From NCBI RefSeq assembly GCF_023055435.1, contig NW_025963813.1:1984001-2048000 (forward strand): a DNA stretch of 64,000 nucleotides, written 5' to 3'. Positions 1-13,340 of the stretch are shown one piece after another. Under the pieces are notes generated by a model. It worked only from the letters and a program-made list of their open reading frames with translations. It ran no database searches and was not told the DNA's origin. Within the stretch, counting starts at the first letter, position 1; every line of letters starts with the position of its first letter. Source of the stretch: Haliotis rufescens (taxonomy: Eukaryota). Both the position numbers and the translations under genes were made by a program.

Positions 1-161
1 GGGAGTTTGCTGGGAACGGATGACAAGTTTCGGTTTGTACAGTCGGCAGTGATTGTGTCACTGGTTTCCGAACACCAACATAGCTGACAATCCCTTGCAA
101 GACGTAATCCACCTGTTGCCAGGGCCACTGTTAAATACAGGATCTGCAAACAATAAAACAT
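1..161 (-). CDS. N-terminus of a leucine-rich-repeat protein (signal-like peptide + LRRNT cap), possibly Toll-like receptor type; continues beyond the left edge
   Basis: Hand translation of the minus strand from ATG at 161: MFYCLQILYLTVALATGGLRLARDCQLCWCSETSDTITADCTNRNLSSVPSKLP. CxxCxC-x10-C-xxRxLxxVPxxLP is the LRRNT pattern. A tttgcag acceptor (exon start 143, phase 0) lies in the same frame, so the true start may be on an upstream exon. Confidence 0.75.
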   Translation of the reverse strand, partial: MFYCLQILYLTVALATGGLRLARDCQLCWCSETSDTITADCTNRNLSSVPSKL

Positions 162-235
162 GTGCAAATAATTTGTAAATTAATACACGTATCATGCATG
201 ATAAAATGACACTGTCATTCTGAATTACGTGGTTG

Positions 236-500
236 GGGCACGAGTGACCTTGTCGTCTAATGCAGAGTTGCGTCCCTTGGGTACGTCAGAAACCTATGAT
301 CGTTCGCCCCGATTAGGTTTCGAGGTTTGTCAGCACCATACCGTGCTCGTGCGTTTCACCAAAGTCGTGCACTTCAGAAATCTGCATCACTTCGGGCTTT
401 CCTCCCACATAAAGCTGGAATAAAACTTCAAAGTAGCACCCACTCACTCACCCAAACACCCACCTACCCACCCACCCACCCACTCACTCACCCACTCACT
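236..500 (+). mobile_element. Degenerate tRNA-derived SINE, family B
   Basis: Matches the family B body (gcagagttgcgtcccttggg...cttcgggctttcctcccac) and has an (ACTC/ACCC)n tail. Confidence 0.75.
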
Positions 501-2842
501 ATCTCACGTGATGAAAGCTATAATTCTTCCATGATCCTTCTATTCCAAACCTGGCAACATAAATGTATTCTATTCAGGATCTTGGATGTTTATGAGACAT
601 GACATGAAACTAAAAAGATGATAGTCTCAGGAAACTCAAGTTTTTATCATTCCTTCAATCAGAAACAGGCTACCTTCAGTACAAATTGGTATACAACAAA
701 CGTACTGTGATTAAAGCAAGATTTGTTTTAAATAGATACATGACCCATTGTCTTGCGTCAAGTGATATTCATTTTCATGTCCCGATCAGAGTTCAAGGCA
801 AGGGCGGGCGGCGCTCTCATACCAATGACTTGTGTATCTTGCCCACACATGATCACTTTCAGGCCGCTGTAGTGTCGCTCGAATATTACCAGATTGCACC
901 CGAAAATAACATGCAGCCACTTACATCTGTGTGTTACCGTAAATAATTTACCTTTTGGTTATAAATGTTTTCCAAAGTCAAATTTAACTTTCTTGTCACT
1001 TTTTCAAGCACACAATTAAAATCTACTCTCCCGTTCTTGAAGGTTTAAAGTGTACTGATGTTTACCGTGACTTAAAAACAATTTAATTTTCTTTTCAAAA
1101 TGTATTATTATAATTTTTCAAAAACAATTTTGTGTTTTCTTTACAGACTGTCATTTGAGAATTGACTTTCGTTTTTGGCCATCATCAAACCTGTATTAAC
1201 ATATAACTTTTACCGTGTCATTCATATGGGAGACAATATTGTTATATTCGTTTTTGTTGTTGAATTTGTTGAGAAGTTAATTATCTTTTAATAAAGTCGA
1301 CCTCGTCATGTTTGTGAATTTCTTAAGTCCTAATACTCTCCAACGTCATGGTGCACGTGTGGTCCAAATTTCTCGAGATCGGATAATCGTGGGTTCGAAT
1401 CCTAGATTAACTCTGATTATGACTGCCATGCTCGCTGGTTTCACCAAAGTCATTTTTGGCTTACCCGTCACGTCAACTGGAATATTGTTGCAAAGGGCGT
1501 TAAACTCAACTCAACCCCATTCAAATTTTGGTTGAAATTCGTGATCCGTAGTTATTTTTTGTGAACAAAACGTGAATTGCTTCTTAAAGTCAAGAAAACA
1601 CTTTACCCGTTTTTGACGACTTTATGTAGTATTAATGTGCTCCTTACCCCATGACATCCAGGGACTTCTCATGATAAAAGCAACAAAACCCATTCAATAG
1701 TCATAAAAAATCTCTGCTGAAAATAGTCGATTATGCTATTCCGATTGTATCATGTGTGAACATGTTTGTACATTCTAACGTTGTTGATATAAAACGTCAA
1801 CGCCAGAAAATAACCAGTCTCGGTTATCCTCGGAAACAGATTTCATTCGGCGTAAAAGGCAAAACAGCAATGAAAATTATTTGAATAGATCACTGAAAAT
1901 CAGTGATGGCACAAGATGTTCACGAAAAGGTTAAACATGTCCAGCTCTACCGGTACCTCAACCGTCTCTCACACAATTTGCAGATAACAGAAGGGTTTGG
2001 TTGTTGCCTGACGCCGCACAGCAGAATATAGTGATTTCCCTTTCAAAGTTTTAATTCCCTTGATCCATTGTCTAACATCACTGAAATGTGACATTGTCTG
2101 ACATCAAATAGTCCAACATCCTGCTTTCAAGCATGTGAACCACATGAAGATGTATGACACAGGAAAAAGATAAGAAACCTTTTTCCGTTTTAAAAGCGTT
2201 ATGTGAAAATGTGCGTCCCCTATTAGTTGATTCCGCTTATGCTGAAGTAGACATTAATACAGCAAGAACGCTTTCGGTGGAATGACGTTTATACTGGGGT
2301 TTAAAGGGGAAGTGATGACATGTCAGCCGATTCTATTCTCATCATATGTCATGTGATCTCTCAAATACTCAAAGGCAAAAGTTGTTTTCACTTACAAATT
2401 TATACCTTTAAATGATTTGTTATTTGAACAACGGGAACATACATAAAAAAGGGCGAAGAAGCGCAACCGACCAAATGTCGCTGGTAGGCTTGTGAGAGGC
2501 GAGTAGCGGGATCGGGTGGTCAGGGTAACTGAGTTGGTTGATGCATGTCAATGTATCCATATTGGGTGGATTGATATTCATGATATCATTCATTGGATTA
2601 CCTGGTCCATATTCGATTATTTTAGTCCGCCGTCGTTTTGCTGCAATTTGACGAGTGCGGCGTTGAACAACAAACGAACAAAATACTCCCTGGATGCAAA
2701 GGTATATCTATGAGGACAGTCCGACGACATAATAAGGCAGTCCATACGAGGCGCCCAGTCAGAGGGCCAAAGCTTGACGCCGGAGCTTCAACGTCGACGA
2801 CACCAGTGCTTCAGAAAACACTTGCAGTGGGCAGCATGTTAA

Positions 2843-3391
2843 CATCTTCCCGAGGCAAGAGAGTTGATAACTGACTATAAAAGTCTAGTTTCCACCCTTG
2901 CCAAACTAGGCTGGTATTATGGAGTTACATTTTTCGCTGTGCTAACGAGTCTATGCATAGTCCAATCAAAATCGCGTAACGAAATCGAAATCCGGTTCGT
3001 AAAATGTCGTGCTGATTTCGATCGATTGCAGGATTTGCAAAGCATATGCACCGCCAACTCGTTGTAAACAGATATTTTCCAAATCTTTTCATGATTTTAA
3101 TCAAGGTGCTCACGTGATTTGATGCACTTTGCAATGTAAAACCCGTTTTAACACAATATAGATCTTGATTATCGATCAGATCGTCTTGACTGGGCGACGC
3201 CATTTAGTTTGAATCAAAAGCAAGTGATACGAGAGGTGGAATCTGATTGGTCAATGGGAGAGGTTTAGAAGGGACATAACTCGTAATAACCACTGGTGGC
3301 GTTCCGATCGAGCCAAGGAGTTCAAGCCTAGTTCGGCAAGGGTGGAAACTGGACTTTTAAAGTCAGTTAACTCTCTTGCCTCGGGAAGATG
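2843..3391. mobile_element. Non-autonomous DNA transposon (MITE) with ~70-bp TIRs and an 8-bp TSD; hAT or P superfamily
   Basis: Ends catcttcccgaggcaagagagtt... and ...aactctcttgcctcgggaagatg are inverted. It is flanked by the direct repeat CATGTTAA (2835-2842 and 3392-3399). Confidence 0.85.
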
Positions 3392-3529
3392 CATGTTAAT
3401 TGAGAAGGGTCCTTTTCACTGACGAGTCTTAATGTTAATATGATCCCTCGGCTTACCGATCGATTGGGTAAAATGGAACGAATCCTTCAAATACTCCAAC
3501 AGCGTTGAAGGAACTCCTGCTAGTGGGGT

Positions 3530-5690
3530 ATGTGACGTGGTATGTGACGTGGTATGTGACGTGGTATGTGACGTGGTATGTGAAGTGCCATGCCATGGAA
3601 GTGGGGAGGATGAGTGGGTGTGTGAAGTGGTATGCCATGGAACTGGGGAGGATGAGTGAAGTGGTGTGTCCCTGCGTGTAAAGAAGTGGATGAGTGGGTG
3701 AGTTAAGTGGTGTGTCCCTGGGTGTGGCGAGGTTGATTAGTGGATAAGTGAAGCGGTGTGTCCCTGGGTGTAAAGAAGTGGATGAGTTAAGTGGTTTGTC
3801 CCTGGGTGTGGCGAGGTTGATTAGTGGATGAGTGAAGTGGTGTGTCCCTGGGTGTAAAGATGTGGATGAGTGTGAGGTGGTTTGTCACTGGATGTAAAGA
3901 AGTGGTTGAGTGGGTGAGTTAAGTGGTGTGTCCCTAGGTGTGGCGAGGTTGATTAGTGGATGAGTGAAGTGGTGTGTCCCTTGGTGTAAAGAAGTGGATG
4001 AGTGTGAGATGGTTTGTCACTGGCTGTAAAGAAGTGGATGAGTGGGTGAGTTAAGTGGTGTGTCCCTGGGTGTGGCGAAGTCGATTAGTGGATAAGTGAA
4101 GCGGTGTGTCCCTGGGTGTAAAGAAGTGGATGAGTTAAGTGGTTTGTCCCTGGGTGTGGCGAGGTTGATAAGTTGATAAGTGAAGTGGTGTGTCCCTGGG
4201 TGTAAAGATGTGGATGAGTGTGAGATGGTTTGTCACTGGATGTAAAGAAGTGGTTGAGTGGGTGAGTTAAGTGGTGTGTCCCTGGGTGTGGCGAGGTTGA
4301 TTAGTTGATAAGTGAAGTGGTGTGTCCCTGGGTGTAAAGATGTGGATGAGTGTGAGATGGTTTGTCACTGGCTGTAAAGAAGTGGATGAGTGGGTGAGTT
4401 AAGTGGTGTGTCCCTGGATGTAAAGAAGTGGATGAGTGTGAGATGGTTTGTCACTGGCTGTAAAGAAGTGGATGAGTGGGTGAGTTAAGTGGTGTGTCCC
4501 TGGATGTAAAGAAGTGGATGATTGTGAGATGGTTTGTCAATGGCTGTAAAGAAGTGGTTGAGTGGGTGAGTTAAGTGGTGTGTCCCTAGGTGTGGCGAGG
4601 TTGATTAGTGGATGTGTGAAGTGGTATGTCCCTGGGTGTAAAGAAGTGGATGAGTGTGAGATGGTTTGTCACTGGCTGTAAAGAAGTGGACGAGTGGGTG
4701 AGTTGAGTGGTGTGTCCCTGGGTGTGGTAAGGTTGATTAGTGGGTGAGTGAAGGAATGTGTCACTGGCTGTAAAGAAGTGGGTGAGTTAAGAGGTGTGTC
4801 CCTGGGTGTGGCGAGGTTGATTAGTGGATGAGTGAAGTGGTGTGTCCCTGGGTGTAAAGAAGTGGATGAGAGTGAGAAGGTTTGTCACTGGCTGTAAAGA
4901 AGTGGATGAGTGGGTGAGTAAAGAGGTGTGTCCCTGGGTGTGGCGAGGTTGATTAGTGGATGAGTGAAGTGGTGTGCCCCTGGGTTTAAAGAAGTGGATG
5001 AGTGTGAGTGGTTTGTCACTGGCTGTAAAGAAGTGGATGAGTGGGTGAGTTAAGTGGTGTGTCCCTGAGTGATGAGGTTGATTAGTGGATGAGTGAAGTG
5101 GTGTGTCCCTGGGTGTAAAGAAGTGGATGAGTGGGTGAGTTAAGTGGTCAGTCACTGGATGTGGCGAGGTTGATTAGCGGATGAGTAAAGTGGTGTGTCC
5201 CTGGGTGTGAAGAAGTGGATGAGTGTGAGATGGCTTGTCACTGACTGTAAAGAAGTGGTTGAGTGGGTGAGTTAAGTGGTGTGTCACTGGGTGTAGTGAG
5301 GTTGATGAGAGGGTGAGTGAAGTGGTGTGTCACAGGGTGTAAAGAAGTGGATGAGTGGGTGAGTGAAGTAGTTTGTCACTGGGTGTAGTGAAGTTGATAA
5401 GAGGGTGAGCGAAGTGGTTTGTCTCTGGGTGTAGTGAAGTTGATGAGAGGGTGAGTGAAGTGGTGTGTCACTGGGTGTAGTGAGGTTGATTAGTTGGTTA
5501 GTTAAGTAGTTTGTCACTGGGTGTAGTGAAGTTGATGAGAGGGTGAGTGAAGTAGTGTGTCACTGGGTGTAGTGAAGTTGATGAGTGGGTGAGTGAAGTA
5601 GTTTGTCACTGGGTGTAGTGAATTTGATGAGAGGGTGAGTAGATGAGGGAACTGGTGTGTCACTGGATGTACCGAGATGGACAAGTTGGT
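3530..5690. repeat. Complex G/T-rich minisatellite (mixed ~38-42-bp units), preceded by a 12-bp (gtatgtgacgtg)n run
   Basis: Recurrent units gagtgggtgagttaagtggtgtgtccctgggtgtaaagaagtggat and ...gggtgtggcgaggttgattagtggat. Confidence 0.95.
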
Positions 5691-6408
5691 GAGTGGTTAG
5701 TAGATGACGGGTTTAGTTTTGCAACTATTCAGTGTAATTAGCCAATATGTATCGCCAGAGAAAGACCAGGGTTGATCAAATCCATAACAACAACTACATG
5801 TAAACCATCACAAAGTCACCGTGCCAGACCACTCGGTCACATTAGTTGCCTCTTACGACAAGCATGGGATGCTGAATACGTGGATCTAACGTGGATGTTC
5901 ACGGGATCCGATGGGAAGTTTTCGCGTTGATGATGAACAGCTACTATACAATATTCAACGTGACCAGATGGGGAGTGGTTCTGTTGATAAATAAATCATA
6001 GCTTCGAATTATAAAAAAAATTCCAGATGCTTTTTGGTGGCTTCAACATCATGTCAATATATGTTTAAAATTCATAGCCCAAGGGTATTAAATGGTGACC
6101 TCGGGGTGAGACGTCTTGTTATCCTGGCTTCAAGATATGGCATCCCGATATGTCGCACTACTTTGAAAGATTCGAAATACTGGACTTGGGCTATTTCACC
6201 GTGGCCTTGGGGATATTAAAGATGACCTCAAACTGGAAGGTCGTAGCGATGAGTTGGATATTCCTGGCCTCAAGATGTTAAATCGTGACTTCCATTTATT
6301 ATCTCAAGGCCTCCAAATACTAACGTGCCAGTCATGTTACATCAAAGCTTTGCCTTGATAATTAAATAATGCATCGAGAAGATATAGCGTCGAATTGTTG
6401 ACAAGGTC

Positions 6409-7145
6409 TTAAGATATTATCCCAAGGCCTCGAGCTATTAAGTGGTGATCTCTTGATATTATCCCAAGGCCTCGAGCTATTAAGTGGTGATCTCTAGATA
6501 TTATCCCAATGCCTCGGGCTATTAAGTGGTTATCTCTAGATATCATCCCAAGGCCTCGGGCTATTAAGTGTTGAACTCTTGATATTATCCCAAGGCCTCG
6601 GACTATTAAGTGGTGATCTCTAGATATAATCCCAAGGCCTCGGGCTATTAAGTGGTGATCTCTAGATGTTATCCCAAGGCCTCGAGCTATTAAGTGGTGA
6701 TCTCTGGATAGTATCCAAAGGCCTCGAGCTATTAAGTGGTAATCTCTAGATATCATCCCAAGGCCTCGGGCTATTAAGGGGTGATCTCTTGATATTATCA
6801 CAAGGCCTCGAGCTATTAAGTGGTGATCTCTAGATATCATCGCAATGCCTCGGGCTATTTAGGGGTGATCTCTTGATATTACCCCAAGGCCTCGAGCTAT
6901 TAAGTGGTGATCTCTGGATAGTATCCCAAGGCCTCGAGCTATTAAGTGGTGATCTCTTGATATTATCCCAAGGCCTCGAGTTATTTAGTGGTGATCTCTA
7001 GATATCATCCCAAGGCCTCGGGCGATAAAGGGGTGATCTCTTGATATTATCCCAAGGTATCGAGCTATTAAGCGGTCATCTCTAGATAATATCCCAAGGC
7101 TATTAGCTATTAAGTGGTAATCTCTAGATATTATTCCAAGGCCTC
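6409..7145. repeat. 42-bp minisatellite (gatattatcccaaggcctcgagctattaagtggtgatctcta)
   Basis: Period of 42 measured between 6421 and 6463. Confidence 0.95.
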
Positions 7146-9105
7146 AAAGTCGTTATCTCTGGATATTTGTCCTGGACTCAAGCTATAAAGTCGTTATCTC
7201 TGGATAGCATTCCTGGACTTAAGCTATAAAGTGGTGATCTCTAGATATTAGTCCTGGACTCTAGCTATATATTCATTATCTTTAGATATTAGGCCTGGAC
7301 TCAAGCTATAAAGTCGTTATCTCTGGATATTAGTCCTGGACTCAAGCTATAATGTCGTTATCTCTAGATATTAGTCCTCGACTCAAGCTATAAAGTCGTT
7401 ATCTCTAGATATTAGTCCTGGACTCAAGCTATAAAGTCGTTTTCTCTAGATAATAGTCCTGGACTCAAGCTATAAAGTCGTTATCTCTGGATATCAGTCC
7501 TGGACTCTAGCTATAAAGTCGTGATCTTTAGATGTTAGTCCTGGACTCAAGCTATAAAGTCGTTATCTCTGGATAGCATTCCTGGACTCAAGCTATAAAG
7601 TGGTGATCTCTAGATATTAGTCCTGGACTGAAGCTATAAAGTCGTTATCTCTAGATATTAGTTCTGGACTCAAGCTATAAAGTCGTGATTTTTAGATGTT
7701 AGGCCTGGACTCAAGCTATAAAGTCGTGATCTCTAGATATTACTCCTGGACTCAAGCTATAAAGTCTTTGTCTTTAGATATTACTCCTGGACTCAAGCTA
7801 TAAAGTCGTTATCTCTAGATAGCATTCCTGGATTCAAGACATAAAGTTGTTATCTTTAGATATAAGTCCTGGACTCAAGCTGTAAAGTCGTTATCTCTAG
7901 ATATTAGTCCTGGACTCAAGCTATAAAGTCGTTATCTCTAGATAATAGTCCTGGACTCAAGCTATAAAGTCGTTATCTCTGGATATTTGTTCTGGACTCA
8001 AGCTGTAAAGTCGTTATCTCTAGATATTAGTCCTGGACTCAAGCTATAAAGTCGTTATCTCTAGATATTATTCCTGGACTCAAGCTATAAAGTCGTTATC
8101 TCTAGATATTAGTCCTGGACTCAAGCCATTAAGTCGTTATCTCTGGATATTAGTCCTCGACTCAAGCTATAAAGTCGTTATCTCTAGATATTAGTCCTGG
8201 ACTCAAGCCATTAAGTCGTTATCTCTGGATATTAGTCCTCGACTCAAGCTATAAAGTCGTTTTCTCTAGATAATAGTCCTCGACTCAAGCTATAAAGTCG
8301 TTATCTCTGGATATCAGTCCTGCACTCTAGCTATAAAGTCGTGATCTTTAAATGTTAGACCTGGACTCAAGCTATAAAGTCGTTATCTCTGGATAGCATT
8401 CCTGGACTCAAGCTATAAAGTGGTGATCTCTAGATATTAGTCCTGGACTGAAGCTATAAAGTCGTTATCTCTAGATATTAGTTCTGGACTCAAGCTATAA
8501 AGTCGTTATCTCTGGATATCAGTCCTGGACTCTAGCTATAAAGTCGTGATCTTTAGATGTTAGTCCTGGACTCAAGCTATAAAGTCGTTTTCTCTGGATA
8601 GCATTCCTGGACTCAAGCTATAAAGTGGTGATCTCTAGATATTAGTCCTGGACTGAAGCTTTAAAGTCGTTTTCTCTAGATCACAGTCCTGGACTCAAGC
8701 TATAAAGTCGTTATCTCTGGATATCAGTCCTGGACTCCAGCTATAAAGTCGTGATCTTTAGATGTTAGTCCTGGACTCAAGCTATAAAGTCGTTTTCTCT
8801 AGATAACAGTCCTGGACTCAAGCTATAAAGTCGTTATCTCTGGATATCAGTCCTGGACTCTAGCTATAAAGTCGTGATCTTTAGAAGTTAGGCCTGGACT
8901 CAAGCTATAAAGTCGTGATCTCTAGATATCACTCCTGGACTCAAGCTATAAAGTCTTTGTCTTTAGATATTACTCCTGGACTCAAGCTACAAAGTCGTTA
9001 TCTCTAGATAGCATTCCTGGATTGATATAAGTCCTGGACTCAAGCTATAAAGTCGTGATCTTTAGACAGCACCACTGACCTCGAGCTATTAAGTCGTGAT
9101 ATCTA
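7146..9105. repeat. 41-bp minisatellite (gatattagtcctggactcaagctataaagtcgttatctcta), related to the adjacent 42-bp array
   Basis: Period of 41 measured between 7326 and 7367. Confidence 0.95.
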
Positions 9106-11431
9106 CTTATGAACCTCTGATGACGTCACACGACAGTAACAAAAGGTTCCTTTAAATGTTAATAAACCTCCAAGACAGGCAATATCAACAATACCCGGGA
9201 CCTGATGAATACATTTCAGTTGTAATATCCAGGTTTTACAATTAACGTTTCATAAACCTGCCTCTTGATGTGAACACAATTGTGTTCGATGATTGGTAAA
9301 AAGTCACAATATCTGTTTAACATGAATCGAATGTTCAACCCCACATATCGTGTGAAGTTTTGTAACCTTTATACCGCGATACATTGTATTGTTTCACTAT
9401 AAGGTATCTCGATGTTTTCTTATATTTTCTGGTATTTCTAAAGCATATTTAAAGCAGTCGGTTTTGGTTGAAAATGTAAAGCCTTTTCCCTCGCACGGGG
9501 TTTTACATGTTCAACCAAAACCTCGGAGGCGTACTTTATCCAATATATATATATATATATATTTATCATATAATGGGTAGGTTTCTCGGCAGGATTTAGC
9601 CAACGGATAAAAGCGATATCCGTTGGGGGTCATATGCGGATAGAGATGCAAATATCAAAGGTCAAGTAGGGACTACTTTCACTGTTTATAAACAAACATG
9701 GCGTCGCCCTCGTCATTCGGCGATTGAGTCAGAATAAACCATCGGGAATCTGGATAAACTACAGGGATAATTGCTATCATTAGTAGTATAGAACGGGTCC
9801 GCAGGAACCTTTTTTGGTTGAGGGAGGTTGAGTGAAAATAGGGAAGGAGATTGGTTGATCCAAGTCACGTGATCGGATAGGATGACTCATGCATCAACAG
9901 CACGTCACAGGTGAGGAGGATGAAAGGTGTGTGTTTATAAGGCAGAAAAGAATTCATAAGAAAACAAAAGTAAAGGATTATGAATAGAGCTAAATGTATG
10001 GCGTGCTGCCCTGAATAGACAGACCCGTCAGCCCAGATTGAATTGAGCGCGCTTGACAACTCACGTGGCCTCGTCGTTTAACCCGCGCTCGCTAGATCGT
10101 GCGACCCGGTTTGATGAATACAGGATGTGTGTTGAAAGTACATCATACCACAATAGAGACGGGTTGTGTCAACACGATATACGCCGGGTAATGTAGGGAA
10201 AATAAATGTACATCTAGCTGGATCAAATTCATCTTGTACGGTCTACACGTTGTACACCATGAACGTTAGACAACCTGTATAGAAAAAAAATATAGAAGAA
10301 ATAGATAAGACTATACAATCAGTAAGCTAGCAGTGTCGTTTAATTACATTTAGCGTGCAAGAACGAGGTAGTCACGTCACCCTGCATTGACTATAACGCC
10401 GAAGGCAGCCGCATTTCGAATCACCCGCGATGCGTACTATTGTGAACCATTTGTACAGAATTATTCAGCCCTGTCCCGACTTGCATAGTTGATGTTTCAA
10501 TGCTAGCTTTTTCCTTTTTACGCGATGACAAATAAACCCTACGGTTTGAGTTTTAACCGTGTAACATGATGTGCACAGTTTTACTTCAGAACGTGCTATT
10601 TTGAAAAAAGATAGTTAGAACTGATAAGTACATGTACCAGTGTGACGGCACGAAGCTAGGTTTGTTGGGAAAGTGATGGAAGCAATCTATAGGACATTTT
10701 CATGTTTACAATACTCACCCTTAATTCGAAGAGAGAACAGAGTTTATCATGGAAAATTGTTTGACGAGGAAAATGTTTTATTGTAAATATATGTCGAAGC
10801 AGGTTTATTCATAGCTAATGTATAGCAGAGAGACTAAGCGACCGCCCGCCCATAACAATGTCAACATACCCCGGTCTTACAATTAATGTTAACATACCAG
10901 CCTCGCCTGAAGCTTCCCATTCATAAATTGTGTGACCAGTGTCCCGTATTCATGATACGTTAGGGAAGATGTGTTGTACATTTGTTATTTTAAAAGGGAG
11001 TTATTTCAGAGAGGATATAATATGATTATTCCCCTCATTAAACCTTTCTTTCGTTGGTGTCTATTAAACGTATCCGGTATTTAATACATTTGAATGATGT
11101 AGGAAAGCATGTGCGTGTAGATGTTGTACCTATATCCGAACACGAATGTATGACACCTTTCAATAGATCAATTACGGTTCTAACCACGACACGCAACATG
11201 ACTATGAGCGTGGTTAGCAGTTCATATTTATAAACACATCGTAAATGACAAATTTCTGATGAATGAACTCGCCCGCACACATGTCTATAGGGTTATGTTC
11301 GCCCGAACTGTAAACAGTGACACATTGATAACAGGAAGGGTGTGTGGAATGCACTCGTCCTTGTAAGGGTAAAATACGCGTTTAAACTCACCATTTAAAT
11401 GATGACATTACTTTTTAGATGTATTGGTATC

Positions 11432-11673
11432 AGTGAGTGAGTGAATTGAGTTTTACGCCACACTCGGCATTATTCCAGCTCTAGCTCTAGCTCTGTCAAT
11501 AAACGAGCTTGGACCGGACAATCCAGTGATCAACAGCATGAGCAGCGATCTGTGCAACTAGGAACCGATGGCACGTGTCATCCGAGTCGGCGAGACTGAC
11601 CAACCGATCCCCGTCAGTCGCCGATAGGCATGGGTTACTGAAGGTCGATTCTATAACCCGGACCTTCACGGGT
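11432..11673 (-). mobile_element. Short retroposon family D (no tRNA head), divergent subfamily with an (ACTC)n-type tail
   Basis: 5' end acccgtgaaggtccgggttatagaatcgaccttcagtaaccca; body matches the other D copies. Confidence 0.8.
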
Positions 11674-12726
11674 GTAGTATGACGAAGACTATATACTAAT
11701 ATGATCGCTTTTTTAACTCGCCAAGGCTCGCTAAATACAATGTTTATTCCTAATGCAGAATATTACCATCCCCAAACACACTCGCGTGATAACCTGTATA
11801 TATTATCACCCGGCCTCAACCTAGTAAGTTGTGATCTGAAAGTAAGTATCACGTGACGTCAAAATATTGCTGCCTTAATTTCTTGTTTCACTGTGTTCCT
11901 ACCACGAATCTGAATTGACTTTGAAGTTAGGTTCTTGTTTATTATTCCTTCTTCTAAATACAATTATTGTTAACAATTAATCATAGAAATAATTATCTGT
12001 TCTGTGGAAAAGTGATTTTCACCACATCTTGCCAATTGACATAAGTTGCATTTACGGCGTTATAAGGATTATTTTCCCCTTGCCCCCTTGTTAACCTAAG
12101 TACTTACATATATGTGCAAAAGCATCGTTGAGGGAGTATCACGTATCAGCGTCCTCGCGTCAGGGCACCGTTTACAGATGTGGGGGTACTGTTTGGATTT
12201 TAAGAGTCTGTACTGACATATACTTCCTGGTATTTACAGCTATCGATTCAAGCCAACACTCGTGCTACTTGTCCCACGTTAACCCTTTCTACGCCAGTCG
12301 GACAGAAGCTTTTCCTTCTACCACACCCAGTTCGGGCAGCAGTGTTGAAAGCGTTAGTCTGACATACTGGGATATTAAATCAATACAACTTGAAACTGCG
12401 CACGCACTAAGGTACGAAAAAATGTTGTGAATCCACTTGCGATTAGGGGGAGTTAACCCCGCTGTTCCGAGACAGCCGAGAAGGGACTTTGTTGCATTGT
12501 TGCCTTCTCGCCCTTACCAAAACAAGCCAAAAGTGTCAAAATTAACCAACGCGACAATGTGACATTTTCGCAATTTGTCGCATTGTCGTGTTATCGCCCT
12601 TTGAATAATCTTGTATATTTTACCAAAGGGCGACACGGGACATTTTTCCGGGTCGAAATCTGTTCCCATGTTGCATTGTCGCCCCATCAAAAGATAATTT
12701 TGACATTTTGCTGTGGTAAGACTCTA

Positions 12727-13340
12727 CGACTTCACCATGTTTATTGATGGTGTATTTAACACCATCTTCGACATCACCATGTTTATTGATGGTGTATTTA
12801 ACACCGTCTTCGACATCACCATGTATATTGATAGTGTATTTAACACCGTCTTCGACATCACCATGTATATTGATAGTGTATTTAACACCGTCTTCGACAT
12901 CACCATGTATATTGATAGTGTATTTAACACCGTCTTCGACATCACCATGTTTATTGATGGTGTATTTAACACCGTCTTCGACATCACCATGTTTATTGAT
13001 GGTGTATTTAACACCGTCTTCGACATCACCATGTATATTGATGGTGTATTTAACATCGTCTTCGACATCACCATGTTTATTGATGGTGTATTTAACACCG
13101 TCTTCGACATCACCATGTATATTGATGGTGTATTTAACACCGTCTTCGACATCACCATGTTTATTGATGGTGTATTTAACACCGTCTTCGACATCACCAT
13201 GTTTATTGATGGTGTATTTAACACCGTCTTCGACATCACCATGTATATTGATGGTGTATTTAACACCGTCTTCGACATCACCATGTTTATTGATGGTGTA
13301 TTTAACACCGTCTACGACATCACCATGTATGTTGATAGTC
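12727..13340. repeat. 42-bp near-perfect minisatellite (cgacatcaccatgtttattgatggtgtatttaacaccgtctt), ~14.5 copies
   Basis: Read directly; a diverged solo monomer lies near 14040-14090. Confidence 0.97.

Noticed and set aside
11386-11400. ATG|gtgagt micro first exon for the LRR gene
   Set aside because: Phase-compatible with the acceptor at 143, but 11 kb away and without supporting evidence; such motifs occur by chance.
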